From Bacillus sp. OV322 (GTDB lineage: Bacteria; Bacillota; Bacilli; Bacillales; DSM-1321), in the NCBI RefSeq assembly GCF_900112495.1, contig NZ_FOMA01000003.1, positions 123,510 through 147,509 of the forward strand: 24,000 bases of DNA, written 5' to 3'. A model generated the notes under the pieces. That model had not been told where the DNA came from and did no database searches. It worked only from the letters and a program-made list of their open reading frames with translations. Below are positions 1-10,435 of the stretch, one piece after another. The translations under genes and the position numbers were made by a program. The first letter of the stretch is position 1; every line of letters begins with the position of its first letter.

Positions 1-41
1 TATCAAAACCATTAGCAAAGGCAATATTGGTAGGGGGATGA
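1..41 (+). CDS. hrcA: possible 3' end of hrcA (heat-shock repressor), partial
   Basis: It sits directly upstream of grpE, as in the Bacillus hrcA-grpE-dnaK-dnaJ operon. Frame 3 reads ..SKPLAKAILVGG and stops at TGA 39-41. Only about 12 codons are visible, and frame 2 stays open to TAA 56-58, so the frame choice is uncertain. Confidence 0.3.
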   Translation, partial: SKPLAKAILVGG

Positions 42-99
42 ATATCCTCCCTGCTTAATATTCCTAGCATATAAACAACCCTTTTAGGGAGGTGAAATT

Positions 100-681
100 G
101 TGACAGAAGAAAGAAAGAACGAATCAACTGTTGAAAACGAGACAGTTGCAGAAACTGAGGCTGATGCTATATTTGCAGAAGGTGATGTTCAGGATGAAAA
201 TCCCCAAGCATCTGAAGAAACGACGGATTCATCCGCTAAAATCGCTGAATTGGAAGCGAAGATAGAGGAAATGGAGAATCGATACCTTCGCCTTCAGGCT
301 GATTTTGACAATTCACGGCGCCGTTCGAAATTGGATTTTGAAGCGGCTCAAAAATATAGAGCTCAAAACCTTGCTTCTGAACTTCTTCAGGCCCTTGATA
401 ACTTTGAAAGAGCCATTAAGGTGGAAGCGGATAATGAGCAGACTAAATCCTTACTTCAAGGCATGGATATGGTGCATAAGGGCATTTTAGCTGCACTTAA
501 AAAAGAAGGCGTTGAGCCGATTGAATCAGTTGGAAAAGAATTTGACCCCCACTTGCACCAGGCTGTAATGCAGGTAGAGGATGAAAATTTCGGATCCAAT
601 GTGGTTGTGGAAGAGTTCCAAAAAGGATACATGCTAAAAGATCGGGTCCTTCGCCCTGCTATGGTCAAAGTGAACGGATAA
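100..681 (+). CDS. grpE: nucleotide exchange factor GrpE
   Basis: 193 aa ORF with a GTG start preceded by AGGGAGG. The C-terminal part ([63 protein letters not shown]) is near-identical to B. subtilis GrpE as I recall it. It lies directly upstream of dnaK. Confidence 0.95.
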   Translation: MTEERKNESTVENETVAETEADAIFAEGDVQDENPQASEETTDSSAKIAELEAKIEEMENRYLRLQADFDNSRRRSKLDFEAAQKYRAQNLASELLQALDNFERAIKVEADNEQTKSLLQGMDMVHKGILAALKKEGVEPIESVGKEFDPHLHQAVMQVEDENFGSNVVVEEFQKGYMLKDRVLRPAMVKVNG

Positions 682-2562
<1,881 letters not shown>

Positions 2563-2597
2563 TTCAGCTAAAAAAAGCTGAATTGACTACCATTAAA

Positions 2598-2636
2598 AAA
2601 GTCAAAGTCAGGGTTTCTTGGCTTTGGCTTTTTTTA
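2598..2636 (+). terminator. rho-independent terminator after dnaK
   Basis: Stem AAAGTCAAAGTCA (2598-2610) pairs with TGGCTTTGGCTTT (2619-2631): 13 bp including 2 G-U pairs. A T-run follows. A separate 9-bp hairpin AATTCAGCT/AGCTGAATT at 2561-2584 overlaps the stop codon. Confidence 0.7.
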
Positions 2637-2853
2637 AATGATACGTATTGTTTATCTCTGCAGGTGCGGAATCCAATGGTGGGCTGCCGGCCAAAGTCCC
2701 CTGGCCTGAAAGCGGTTTTCCAAATGGCGGTAAGATACAACCGGGAAATGGTTAATTTTCCCTTTAGCTGGAAATGGATGAAGCTGTATGCATATGATAA
2801 AGGGTCCTGTGTTAAATGTTGGGCGCAGTCATTTGCCGTGCTTACTTTTTACC

Positions 2854-2883
2854 TTGCACTTTAACTTTGAAAAATGATAATAT
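2854..2883 (+). promoter_or_regulatory. candidate sigma-A promoter for dnaJ
   Basis: TTGCAC (2854-2859), 18-nt spacer, TAATAT (2878-2883) with TG at 2875-2876 (extended -10). An internal vegetative promoter upstream of dnaJ is known for the B. subtilis dnaK operon. Confidence 0.4.
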
Positions 2884-2920
2884 TATCTTTATGTGAAACG
2901 GATCGGGAGTGGATTAATCT

Positions 2921-4060
2921 ATGAGTAAACGTGATTTTTACGAGGTATTGGGAGTGTCGAAAAGTGCTTCCAAAGATGAAATAAAGAAAGCATACCGCAA
3001 GCTTTCCAAACAATATCATCCTGATATTAATAAAGAAGCAGATGCGGCAGACAAGTTCAAGGAAATCAAGGAAGCTTATGAAGTACTGAGCGATGAACAA
3101 AAGAAAGCCCATTACGACCAGTTTGGACATACAGACCCTAATCAGGGCTTTGGCGGTTTTGGCGGCCAGGACTTTGGCGGCGGCGGTTTTGGCGGGTTTG
3201 AAGATATCTTCAGCACGTTCTTTGGCGGCGGCGGTGGCGGCAGAAGGAGAGATCCAAATGCACCAAGGCAGGGTTCAGATCTTCAATACACCATGACTCT
3301 TTCTTTTGAAGAAGCTGTTTTTGGCAAAGAAACGGAAATTGAAATCCCGCGTGAAGAAAATTGCGATACTTGCCACGGAACAGGTGCAAAGCCTGGCACT
3401 AAGGTTGAGACATGTTCGCACTGCCACGGAACAGGGCAGCTGAATGTAGAACAAAATACACCAATCGGGCGGATTGTGAATCGCCGCACCTGCCATCATT
3501 GCCAGGGAACTGGAAAGATCATTCCGAATAAATGTTCAACATGCCACGGAGCAGGCAAGGTACAAAAACGTAAAAAAATCAGCGTAAAGGTTCCGGCTGG
3601 TATTGATGATGGCCAGCAGCTGCGCGTTTCAGGCCAGGGCGAACCAGGTGCAAACGGCGGTCCTGCAGGAGACTTATACGTCGTATTTAACGTTCGCGGT
3701 CATGAATTCTTCGAGCGTGACGGAGACGATATTTACTGTGAGATGCCAATAACCTTTACTCAAGCAGCTTTGGGTGACGAAATAGAAGTACCAACCCTGC
3801 ATGGCAAGGTAAAGCTTAAAGTTCCTGCCGGGACGCAAACAGGCACTCGTTTCCGCTTGAAAGGAAAAGGTGTTTCCAATGTCAGGGGTTATGGCCAAGG
3901 AGACCAGCATGTGGTCATTTTGATTGTTACACCGAAAAAATTAACTGATAAACAAAAGCAATTGCTTAGGGAGTTCTCTGAAATCAGCGGTCAATCTGCA
4001 CCTGATGAACACGAAGACGGCTTCTTTTCAAAAGTAAAGCGTGCCTTTAAAGGCGAATAA
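2921..4060 (+). CDS. dnaJ: co-chaperone DnaJ (Hsp40)
   Basis: 379 aa. J domain with HPD (YHPDIN), a G/F-rich linker, and four CxxCxGxG zinc motifs ([32 protein letters not shown]). Confidence 0.97.
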   Translation: MSKRDFYEVLGVSKSASKDEIKKAYRKLSKQYHPDINKEADAADKFKEIKEAYEVLSDEQKKAHYDQFGHTDPNQGFGGFGGQDFGGGGFGGFEDIFSTFFGGGGGGRRRDPNAPRQGSDLQYTMTLSFEEAVFGKETEIEIPREENCDTCHGTGAKPGTKVETCSHCHGTGQLNVEQNTPIGRIVNRRTCHHCQGTGKIIPNKCSTCHGAGKVQKRKKISVKVPAGIDDGQQLRVSGQGEPGANGGPAGDLYVVFNVRGHEFFERDGDDIYCEMPITFTQAALGDEIEVPTLHGKVKLKVPAGTQTGTRFRLKGKGVSNVRGYGQGDQHVVILIVTPKKLTDKQKQLLREFSEISGQSAPDEHEDGFFSKVKRAFKGE

Positions 4061-4077
4061 GGGGAGAGTTTTGCAAT

Positions 4078-5019
4078 ATGAAGTGGTCAGAACTAACAAT
4101 CCACACAACAAATGAAGCAGTAGAGCCAGTTTCCAATATTCTGCATGAAGCAGGTGCCAGCGGGGTCGTCATTGAGGACCCTGCCGATTTGGTAAAAGAA
4201 CGGGAAAATGTTTTCGGTGAAATCTACCAGCTAAATCCTGCGGACTATCCGCAGGAAGGTGTAATCCTGAAAGCCTATCTGCCTGTCAACAGCTTTCTCG
4301 GCGAAACGGTAGAGGAGATCAAGGACGCAATCAATAATCTTCTCCTTTTTGATATCGACCTTGGAAGAAATTCTATTTCAATCAGTGAAGTGAATGAAGA
4401 AGAGTGGGCAACTGCCTGGAAAAAGTATTATAATCCCGTAAAAATTTCGGAAAGATTTACAATCGTTCCGACATGGGAAGAATATACACCAGTCAAGAGC
4501 GACGAACTTATCATCGAGCTTGATCCGGGAATGGCATTTGGAACAGGTACACACCCTACGACTGTTATGTGCATCCAGGCACTTGAGCGAACAGTAAAGC
4601 CTAATGACAGGGTTGTGGATGTCGGCACAGGCTCTGGTGTTCTGAGTATTGCGGCGGCTATGCTAGAAGCCCAAAAGGTTCAGGCGCTGGATCTCGATAT
4701 CGTTGCTGTTACTTCAGCAAAGCTGAACGTGAAGCTCAATAAGGTGCAGGATATTGTTTCTGTCACCCAGAACAATTTGCTTGATGGCATCGACGAAGCC
4801 GCTGATGTGGTTGTTGCCAATATCTTAGCGGAAGTCATCATTAGATTTACTGATGATGTAGCTAAAGCAGTAAAACCAGGCGGATATTTTATCGCATCAG
4901 GAATCATTCAGGCTAAAAAGCAGGATGTAAAGGATGCAATTAGCGCCTCCGGATTTACCATTGAGGAAACGATTCTAATGGAAGACTGGGTTGCGCTGAT
5001 TGCCAAGAGAAATCATTAA
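4078..5019 (+). CDS. prmA: ribosomal protein L11 methyltransferase
   Basis: 313 aa with the PrmA-typical motif [15 protein letters not shown] and SAM-binding motif [13 protein letters not shown]. Conserved position after dnaJ (B. subtilis yqeT). Confidence 0.93.
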   Translation: MKWSELTIHTTNEAVEPVSNILHEAGASGVVIEDPADLVKERENVFGEIYQLNPADYPQEGVILKAYLPVNSFLGETVEEIKDAINNLLLFDIDLGRNSISISEVNEEEWATAWKKYYNPVKISERFTIVPTWEEYTPVKSDELIIELDPGMAFGTGTHPTTVMCIQALERTVKPNDRVVDVGTGSGVLSIAAAMLEAQKVQALDLDIVAVTSAKLNVKLNKVQDIVSVTQNNLLDGIDEAADVVVANILAEVIIRFTDDVAKAVKPGGYFIASGIIQAKKQDVKDAISASGFTIEETILMEDWVALIAKRNH

Positions 5020-5082
5020 AGCGCATCTCCGGCTTTTTTTCGACAAACGGGAAATTCTATTACTAAAAAAGCGGGTGCCAGC

Positions 5083-5832
5083 ATGCAGCGTTATTTTTTG
5101 AGGAAATGTGATGTTGAAGGAAATACTGTAACCATTTCCGGAGATGATTTTCATCATATTACCCGTGTCATGAGAATGGAAGCAGGCTCAAAAATTATTG
5201 CGGTTACAGAGGATGGACAAGCAGGTGTTTGTGAAATAACAAATATTGCCAGCGATTCGGTGATCGGTAACGTTATAGAATGGAAGCATGAAGAAAAAGA
5301 ACTGCCCGTTTCTGTAACCATTGCGAGCGGTCTGCCTAAAGGGGATAAATTGGAGTATATCGTCCAAAAAGGCACGGAACTAGGTGCAGCAGAGTTTATC
5401 CCTTTTATTGCGGCCCGTTCCGTCGTAAAATGGGATCAAAAAAAAGCCGGCAAAAAAACAGAGCGCCTGCAGAAAATTGCAAAGGAAGCGGCTGAACAAT
5501 CGCACCGCACAATTTTGCCGAATGTGCAAGAACCAGTTTCTCTTACGGAGCTTGCGAACCTTGGTGGATTCCATGTGAAGCTGATAGCATTTGAAGAAGA
5601 AGCAAAGCGGGGAGAAACCAGCATATTAGCCTCATTACTTGGCAAGGCAGAGCCCGGACAGAGAATTTTATTTGTCTTTGGTCCTGAGGGCGGCTTGTCA
5701 GAGGCTGAAATTGAAAAGCTAAGCGCTGCAGGGTTTATTTCTTGCGGGCTTGGGCCAAGGATATTAAGGACAGAAACAGCACCGCTATATGCATTAGCGG
5801 CTGTATCTTATCATTTAGAATTATTGAGGTGA
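5083..5832 (+). CDS. rsmE: 16S rRNA (uracil1498-N3)-methyltransferase RsmE
   Basis: 249 aa starting MQRYF. It carries GLPKGDKLE.I.QK.TELG, FGPEGG and LGPRILR.ETAPLYAL, as in B. subtilis YqeU/RsmE. Confidence 0.92.
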   Translation: MQRYFLRKCDVEGNTVTISGDDFHHITRVMRMEAGSKIIAVTEDGQAGVCEITNIASDSVIGNVIEWKHEEKELPVSVTIASGLPKGDKLEYIVQKGTELGAAEFIPFIAARSVVKWDQKKAGKKTERLQKIAKEAAEQSHRTILPNVQEPVSLTELANLGGFHVKLIAFEEEAKRGETSILASLLGKAEPGQRILFVFGPEGGLSEAEIEKLSAAGFISCGLGPRILRTETAPLYALAAVSYHLELLR

Positions 5833-5837
5833 TGAAA

Positions 5838-7190
5838 ATGGCAACTGTCGCTTTCCATACATTGGGCTGCAAAGTAAACCATTATGAAACAGAAGCCATT
5901 TGGCAGCTATTCAAAACACAGGGCTATGACCGTGTGGAATTTGAATCTCCTGCAGATGTTTATGTAATCAATACATGCACGGTTACCAACACCGGCGATA
6001 AAAAGAGCCGTCAGGTCATCCGCCGTGCCATCAGAAAAAATCCTGATGCCGTTATCACGGTGACCGGCTGCTATGCGCAGACTTCACCTGCTGAAATTAT
6101 GGCAATCCCGGGCGTTGATATTGTTGTCGGCACACAGGACCGGACCAAGATGCTTCAATACATCGAGCAATATAAACAAGAGCGCCAGCCGATCAATGGA
6201 GTAGGCAACATAATGAAAAACCGGGTTTATGAAGAATTGGATGTTCCTGCTTTTACTGACCGCACCCGTGCGTCCCTTAAAATCCAGGAAGGCTGCAATA
6301 ATTTCTGCACATTCTGCATTATTCCTTGGGCACGCGGCCTAATGCGTTCACGCGATCCTAAGGAAGTCATTCGCCAGGCACAGCAGCTTGTTGATGCAGG
6401 TTATAAGGAAATTGTGCTTACCGGCATTCATACGGGAGGCTACGGTGAAGACATGAAAGATTATAATCTAGCCATGCTTCTCCGTGACATGGAAGAACAG
6501 GTGGAAGGATTAAAGCGGATCAGGATTTCTTCTATAGAAGCAAGCCAAATCACTGACGAAGTGATTGAAGTGCTGGCAAAATCCGATAAAGTTGTCCGCC
6601 ATCTGCATATCCCTATCCAATCGGGTTCTGATACTGTCCTTAAACGCATGAGACGGAAATATACAATGGAATTCTTTGCAGACCGTTTAGATAAGCTTAG
6701 ACAGGCCTTGCCTGGGCTTGCCATTACATCGGATGTCATTGTAGGATTTCCTGGAGAAACGGAAGAAGAGTTCATGGAGACATTTTCTTTTATTGAAGAA
6801 CAGAAATTTTCTGAGCTTCATGTTTTCCCTTACTCCAAACGTACAGGTACGCCGGCAGCGAGAATGGAAGACCAAATTGATGAAGAAGTGAAAAATGAGC
6901 GTGTTCATCGTTTGATTGCCCTTTCTGATCAGCTTGCAAAGGAATATGCTTCACGCTTTGAAGGTGAAGTACTGGAAGTGATTCCCGAGGAACGTTTTAA
7001 AGAAGCTCCTGAGAGCGGATTATACGAAGGCTATTCAGATAACTACCTGAAAGTGGTTTTCCCGGCATCGGAAGAAATGGTCGGCAAAATCGTAAAGGTC
7101 AAGGTGACAAAAGCTGGATATCCTCACAGCGAGGGCCAATTTGTTACAGTTATTGAGAACAGTCCTTTAAAAGAAGCCGTTCTTGGCTAA
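5838..7190 (+). CDS. mtaB: tRNA threonylcarbamoyladenosine methylthiotransferase MtaB (radical SAM)
   Basis: The track ORF begins at 5742 inside rsmE. The likely start is ATG 5838 (MATVAFHTLGCKVNHYE), 6 nt after GAGGTG. It has the radical-SAM motif CNNFCTFC and a C-terminal TRAM-like region. Corresponds to B. subtilis YqeV. Confidence 0.93.
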   Translation: MATVAFHTLGCKVNHYETEAIWQLFKTQGYDRVEFESPADVYVINTCTVTNTGDKKSRQVIRRAIRKNPDAVITVTGCYAQTSPAEIMAIPGVDIVVGTQDRTKMLQYIEQYKQERQPINGVGNIMKNRVYEELDVPAFTDRTRASLKIQEGCNNFCTFCIIPWARGLMRSRDPKEVIRQAQQLVDAGYKEIVLTGIHTGGYGEDMKDYNLAMLLRDMEEQVEGLKRIRISSIEASQITDEVIEVLAKSDKVVRHLHIPIQSGSDTVLKRMRRKYTMEFFADRLDKLRQALPGLAITSDVIVGFPGETEEEFMETFSFIEEQKFSELHVFPYSKRTGTPAARMEDQIDEEVKNERVHRLIALSDQLAKEYASRFEGEVLEVIPEERFKEAPESGLYEGYSDNYLKVVFPASEEMVGKIVKVKVTKAGYPHSEGQFVTVIENSPLKEAVLG

Positions 7191-7209
7191 GAAATCACCT
7201 ATACGATAA

Positions 7210-7264
7210 CCCCCAACAGGATTGAATGGACCGCTTACAATCCTGTTGGGGGTTTTTGTTTTGG
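7210..7264 (+). terminator. rho-independent terminator after mtaB
   Basis: Perfect 14-bp stem CCCCCAACAGGATT (7210-7223) / AATCCTGTTGGGGG (7239-7252), followed by TTTTTGTTTT. Confidence 0.9.
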
Positions 7265-7324
7265 ATAGATGAATATTAGTGAAAGCGTGTTTAATATTAT
7301 TTTTTGGGTAATATGTAAAGAGCC

Positions 7325-7374
7325 TCGTCAATTTATCTTAAACATGTTATAGTTGAGAGGTACGTACATCTCAA
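7325..7374 (+). promoter_or_regulatory. candidate deoC promoter with overlapping palindromic operator
   Basis: TCGTCA (7325-7330), 17-nt spacer, TATAGT (7348-7353) with TG at 7345-7346. The 22-bp imperfect palindrome TTGAGAGGTACGTACATCTCAA (7353-7374) covers the -10 and predicted start site. Confidence 0.4.
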
Positions 7375-7400
7375 TAGCTGTTTTTGAAAGGAGTTTCACT

Positions 7401-8072
7401 ATGAGCCAAAATGTAGCAGGCATAATAGATCACACGCTGTTAAAGGCAGATGCAACAAAAGAACAAGTAAGAATTCTATGCGAGGAAGCTAAAGAGCACC
7501 ATTTCTTTTCTGTCTGCGTAAACCCGACATGGGTCAAATATGCGAGCGAATTGCTTCAAGGTTCAGACGTTAAGGTTTGTACTGTAATCGGTTTCCCTTT
7601 AGGAGCCAACACACCTGAAACGAAAGCGTTTGAAACGAAGAATGCAATTGAAAACGGTGCACATGAGGTTGATATGGTCATTAATATCGGCGCTCTGAAA
7701 GACAAAGACAATGAAGCGGTGAAAAAAGATATCCAGGCAGTTGTTGCAGCTGCAACTGGCAAAGCACTGACAAAGGTTATTATCGAAACTTCTTTGCTTA
7801 CTGAAGAAGAAAAAGTGCGCGCTTGTGAAATTGCTGTTGAAGCAGGTACTGACTATGTGAAAACCTCAACTGGTTTCTCAACTGGCGGAGCCACTCCGGA
7901 GGATATCGCATTAATGAGAAAAACAGTAGGACCGGATATCGGCGTCAAAGCTTCAGGCGGCGTGCGCAATACTGAAGATGCCAATAAAGTAATCGAAGCA
8001 GGAGCAACCAGAATTGGTGCTAGTGCGGGTATTGCGATCATTAAAGGGCTTACTTCGGACTCTGACTACTAA
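7401..8072 (+). CDS. deoC: deoxyribose-phosphate aldolase
   Basis: The likely start is ATG 7401 ([15 protein letters not shown]), after AAAGGAG. It has class I aldolase motifs, with Schiff-base lysine context DYVKTSTGF and a later VKASGG. About 223 aa. Confidence 0.93.
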   Translation: MSQNVAGIIDHTLLKADATKEQVRILCEEAKEHHFFSVCVNPTWVKYASELLQGSDVKVCTVIGFPLGANTPETKAFETKNAIENGAHEVDMVINIGALKDKDNEAVKKDIQAVVAAATGKALTKVIIETSLLTEEEKVRACEIAVEAGTDYVKTSTGFSTGGATPEDIALMRKTVGPDIGVKASGGVRNTEDANKVIEAGATRIGASAGIAIIKGLTSDSDY

Positions 8073-8084
8073 GATAACGATAAG

Positions 8085-8127
8085 AAAAGCGTGAACGGGG
8101 GCATTTTGCCTGCCGCACGCTTTTTTT
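8085..8127. terminator. bidirectional terminator between convergent deoC and yqeW
   Basis: AAAAGCGTG (8085-8093) ... CACGCTTTTTTT (8116-8127), with an inner GGGCA/TGCCT helix. A-run on one side and T-run on the other. Confidence 0.7.
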
Positions 8128-8161
8128 GTTCAAATTTATTTCTCTGCAGATGATAAACCTT

Positions 8162-9088
8162 CTAAGTACGGGGCTTATGAAGAAATAAAATAAAACGGGC
8201 ATAGTGGTGCGAAAAGGGAAGAACAATGATTGAAGTTGCTGCATTAAACAGAACACTTGCATGGGCCAGCTGTGTTTCCTTGGCATCGGTAAGGTATGCT
8301 GAAGCCTGCTGAAGCTGGTGAATAAAAGGAAAAAACACAAGCACTCCGATAACATTGAGCCAGATATGTGCGTAAGCTGTAAAAGCTGCTTCCTTTCCTG
8401 ATCCGATGCTTGCCATGTATCCAGTAATGCATGTCCCGATATTTGAGCCCAGCATGATGGCAATGGCAGTCTCTACATTCAGCTGATTTCCCATCAAAAA
8501 GCTCATGGCAATTCCTATTGTGGCTGAGCCTGAATGTATGAGCGCTGTTAGGACCATCCCGATCAGCAGGGCCAGAAACAGGTTTTTTTCCATGGTATGA
8601 AGTACCTGATTTACAGCGGGATAAGCTGTAAGGGTGCTGGAAAGCATTTTAAAACCGCTCATAGCGGCAAAGATGGAAGATATTCCGATGAAGGCCATGC
8701 CAAGGCTCCGGGCCAGTGATTTTGGGATGAACAGGAGCATAGTGCCTAAAACTATTCCGGGAATGATAATGCGGTCAAGTGAAAAGGACATGAATTCAGC
8801 GGTAGCCGTAGATCCTATATTAGTTCCAAGGATAATGCCGATTGTCTGCGGAAACGTCAGGCTTCCTGCAGATACGAGACCAACCGTCATGACCATAACT
8901 GCGGAACTGCTTTGAAGAATGCCGGTAATAATGGTTCCCGAAAGAAAACCTTTCCAGGGAGCATCTGTGACTTTGGATAGAAATTCTTTTAATTTATCTC
9001 CTGAAAGCTGAAATAAGCCCTTTCTTAGCACAAGCATCCCTAATAAAAACATTCCGATATACAGGGAAAAAAGCAGTAAAACATGCAA
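8162..9088 (-). CDS. yqeW: Na+/phosphate cotransporter family membrane protein (YqeW-like)
   Basis: 308 aa polytopic membrane protein with the duplicated motif GTNIGSTATAEF / GSNIGTCITGY typical of the Na/Pi cotransporter family. Same position and orientation as B. subtilis yqeW. RBS GAGGTGAGG upstream on the minus strand. Confidence 0.85.
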   Translation of the reverse strand: MHVLLLFSLYIGMFLLGMLVLRKGLFQLSGDKLKEFLSKVTDAPWKGFLSGTIITGILQSSSAVMVMTVGLVSAGSLTFPQTIGIILGTNIGSTATAEFMSFSLDRIIIPGIVLGTMLLFIPKSLARSLGMAFIGISSIFAAMSGFKMLSSTLTAYPAVNQVLHTMEKNLFLALLIGMVLTALIHSGSATIGIAMSFLMGNQLNVETAIAIMLGSNIGTCITGYMASIGSGKEAAFTAYAHIWLNVIGVLVFFPFIHQLQQASAYLTDAKETQLAHASVLFNAATSIIVLPFSHHYARFILFLHKPRT

Positions 9089-9204
9089 GCCGCCTCACCT
9101 CTTATAACCAGTGTATGGACAAGTTGATCATCCAATGACTGGTTTTTAACACCTGTAACACAGGGAACATTTTGGCGGGAAGCGAAGAAGTTTCACAATT
9201 TCAG

Positions 9205-9233
9205 TTGACCTGCCTTTGGGCTTATATTATAAT
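9205..9233 (+). promoter_or_regulatory. sigma-A promoter of rpsU-yqeY
   Basis: TTGACC (9205-9210), exact 17-nt spacer, consensus TATAAT (9228-9233). Confidence 0.75.
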
Positions 9234-9302
9234 GGTTTAGTACATGTTATAGCATGTTGACAACTATGATTTATTGTGTTGTTCTCGGAGGGAGGGAAAG
9301 AG

Positions 9303-9476
9303 ATGTCTAAAACCGTCGTTCGTAAAAACGAATCGCTTGAAGATGCTCTTCGTCGTTTCAAACGTACTGTATCTAAAGCAGGATCGCTTCAGGAAGCACG
9401 GAAGCGCGAATTTTATGAAAAGCCAAGCGTAAAACGCAAGAAAAAGTCTGAAGCTGCCAGAAAACGTAAATTCTAA
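9303..9476 (+). CDS. rpsU: 30S ribosomal protein S21
   Basis: The true start is ATG 9303 ([21 protein letters not shown]...), after GGAGGGAGGG. 57 aa, and the sequence is typical of bS21. Confidence 0.96.
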   Translation: MSKTVVRKNESLEDALRRFKRTVSKAGSLQEARKREFYEKPSVKRKKKSEAARKRKF

Positions 9477-9490
9477 GAGAGGGTGGAATT

Positions 9491-9937
9491 ATGAGTCTTC
9501 TCGAGCGTTTAAATAATGATATGAAACAAGCGATGAAGGACAAGGAAAAGGATAAACTCTCTGTCATCCGCATGCTTAAAGCTTCCCTTCAAAACGAAGG
9601 AATTAAGCTTGGCAAGCAGGAAATGACAGCAGAAGATGAATTGACAGTGCTCTCTCGCGAATTAAAACAACGCAAAGACTCCCTCCAAGAGTTTGAAAAT
9701 GCAGGTCGAATCGATCTCGTGGATAAAGTCCGAACCGAAATAGGATACGTTGAGGCATATATGCCAGAGCAACTTTCAGAGGATGAAATTTCTTCAATTG
9801 TTGCATCAACAATTGAAGAAGTTAACGCATCATCTAAAGCTGATATGGGTAAAGTTATGGGAGCGCTTATGCCGAAGCTAAAAGGCAAAGCGGATGGTTC
9901 AATCGTTAATAAACTGGTGCTTGAACGCCTTTCATAA
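9491..9937 (+). CDS. yqeY: GatB/YqeY domain-containing protein
   Basis: 148 aa ([24 protein letters not shown]..) matching the YqeY family. Conserved pairing with rpsU. Confidence 0.9.
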   Translation: MSLLERLNNDMKQAMKDKEKDKLSVIRMLKASLQNEGIKLGKQEMTAEDELTVLSRELKQRKDSLQEFENAGRIDLVDKVRTEIGYVEAYMPEQLSEDEISSIVASTIEEVNASSKADMGKVMGALMPKLKGKADGSIVNKLVLERLS

Positions 9938-9953
9938 TTCTATACCTGACTAT

Positions 9954-9988
9954 AAACCGCAGGCAATGCAAATTGTCTGCGGTTTTTT
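9954..9988 (+). terminator. rho-independent terminator after yqeY
   Basis: 14-bp stem AAACCGCAGGCAAT / ATTGTCTGCGGTTT (one G-U pair), loop GCAA, then a T-run. Confidence 0.9.
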
Positions 9989-10039
9989 AGTAAAGAGAAA
10001 TGAATGAATATTCACTTATTTTATCCCTTTGAATTATGG

Positions 10040-10290
10040 GTTTTGTTTTCTGAATCCAGCTTCAGCGCCTAGCCCGCTGAGGCCTGCAGGATGCAGGTCA
10101 TGAAGGCGTTTCTGCAGGATGCAGAGGGTTTAGCCTTCGGTCCCTAAAAGATGCTTTGACCTAAGAAGGAAAGCCGCCTTCTGAGTTCAATGTCCTATTT
10201 GCTTAGGCCCCAGGATGGGGGTCACAAAGACGTTGCCGCAGGACGCGGCGCTCTTAGTCTTTGATCCTCTGCCAGGCGCTTACGCTTTTA
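10040..10290 (+). repeat. GC-rich structured intergenic repeat, long form (R1)
   Basis: Two roughly 65-nt arms (10081-10147 and 10206-10270) are direct repeats, about 68% identical by hand alignment. They flank a central hairpin, 10161-10169 / 10177-10185. The core is homologous to 17615-17679. The terminal motif GCGCTTACGCTTTT resembles GCACTTAATGCTTTT in R2. The boundaries are approximate. Confidence 0.6.
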
Positions 10291-10435
10291 TTATTCATGA
10301 AACTTTTTTGTTTTACAGATTTCCCGAACGGGAATGCCCACTCCTTTAGGTGTGGTGCTTCAAGTATCTGAAAGTTCTACTTAACTTCATTAATATTCCG
10401 TGGTAGTTTAATTATAAAACTAATACAATAAATGG

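Noticed and set aside
2583-2864. 93-aa ORF between dnaK and dnaJ
   Set aside because: It has no RBS and starts inside the dnaK terminator region. Its Trp/Cys-rich composition is unlike real proteins, and there are no recognisable motifs.
5742-5837. N-terminal extension of mtaB given by the ORF track
   Set aside because: The extension lies inside the rsmE coding region in another frame. The conserved MtaB N-terminus (MATVAFHTLGCKVN) starts at ATG 5838 with a proper RBS.
7342-7352. Shared 11-mer ACATGTTATAG in the deoC promoter (7342-7352) and the rpsU leader (9242-9252)
   Set aside because: Tens of chance 11-mer matches are expected among all position pairs in a 24 kb window, and there is no extended similarity around the match.
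9257-9285. Second TTGACA upstream of rpsU as an additional promoter
   Set aside because: The hexamer 17 nt downstream (TGTTCT) is a poor -10. The upstream TTGACC/TATAAT pair already explains transcription.
10000-10032. Micro-ORF ATGAATGAATAT.. (MNEYSLILSL), whose first 12 nt nearly match the tnpA start ATGAATGAGTAT at 10436, plus the palindrome TGAATATTCA (10005-10014)
   Set aside because: An 11/12 nt match and a 10-bp AT-rich palindrome are within chance expectation for AT-rich intergenic DNA. There is no RBS and no further similarity to the IS left end.
10081-10270. The hairpin cluster as a CRISPR array
   Set aside because: The repeats are only about 68% identical and are not regularly spaced with unique spacers. 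There are just two long units plus internal hairpins, and no cas genes are in the window.
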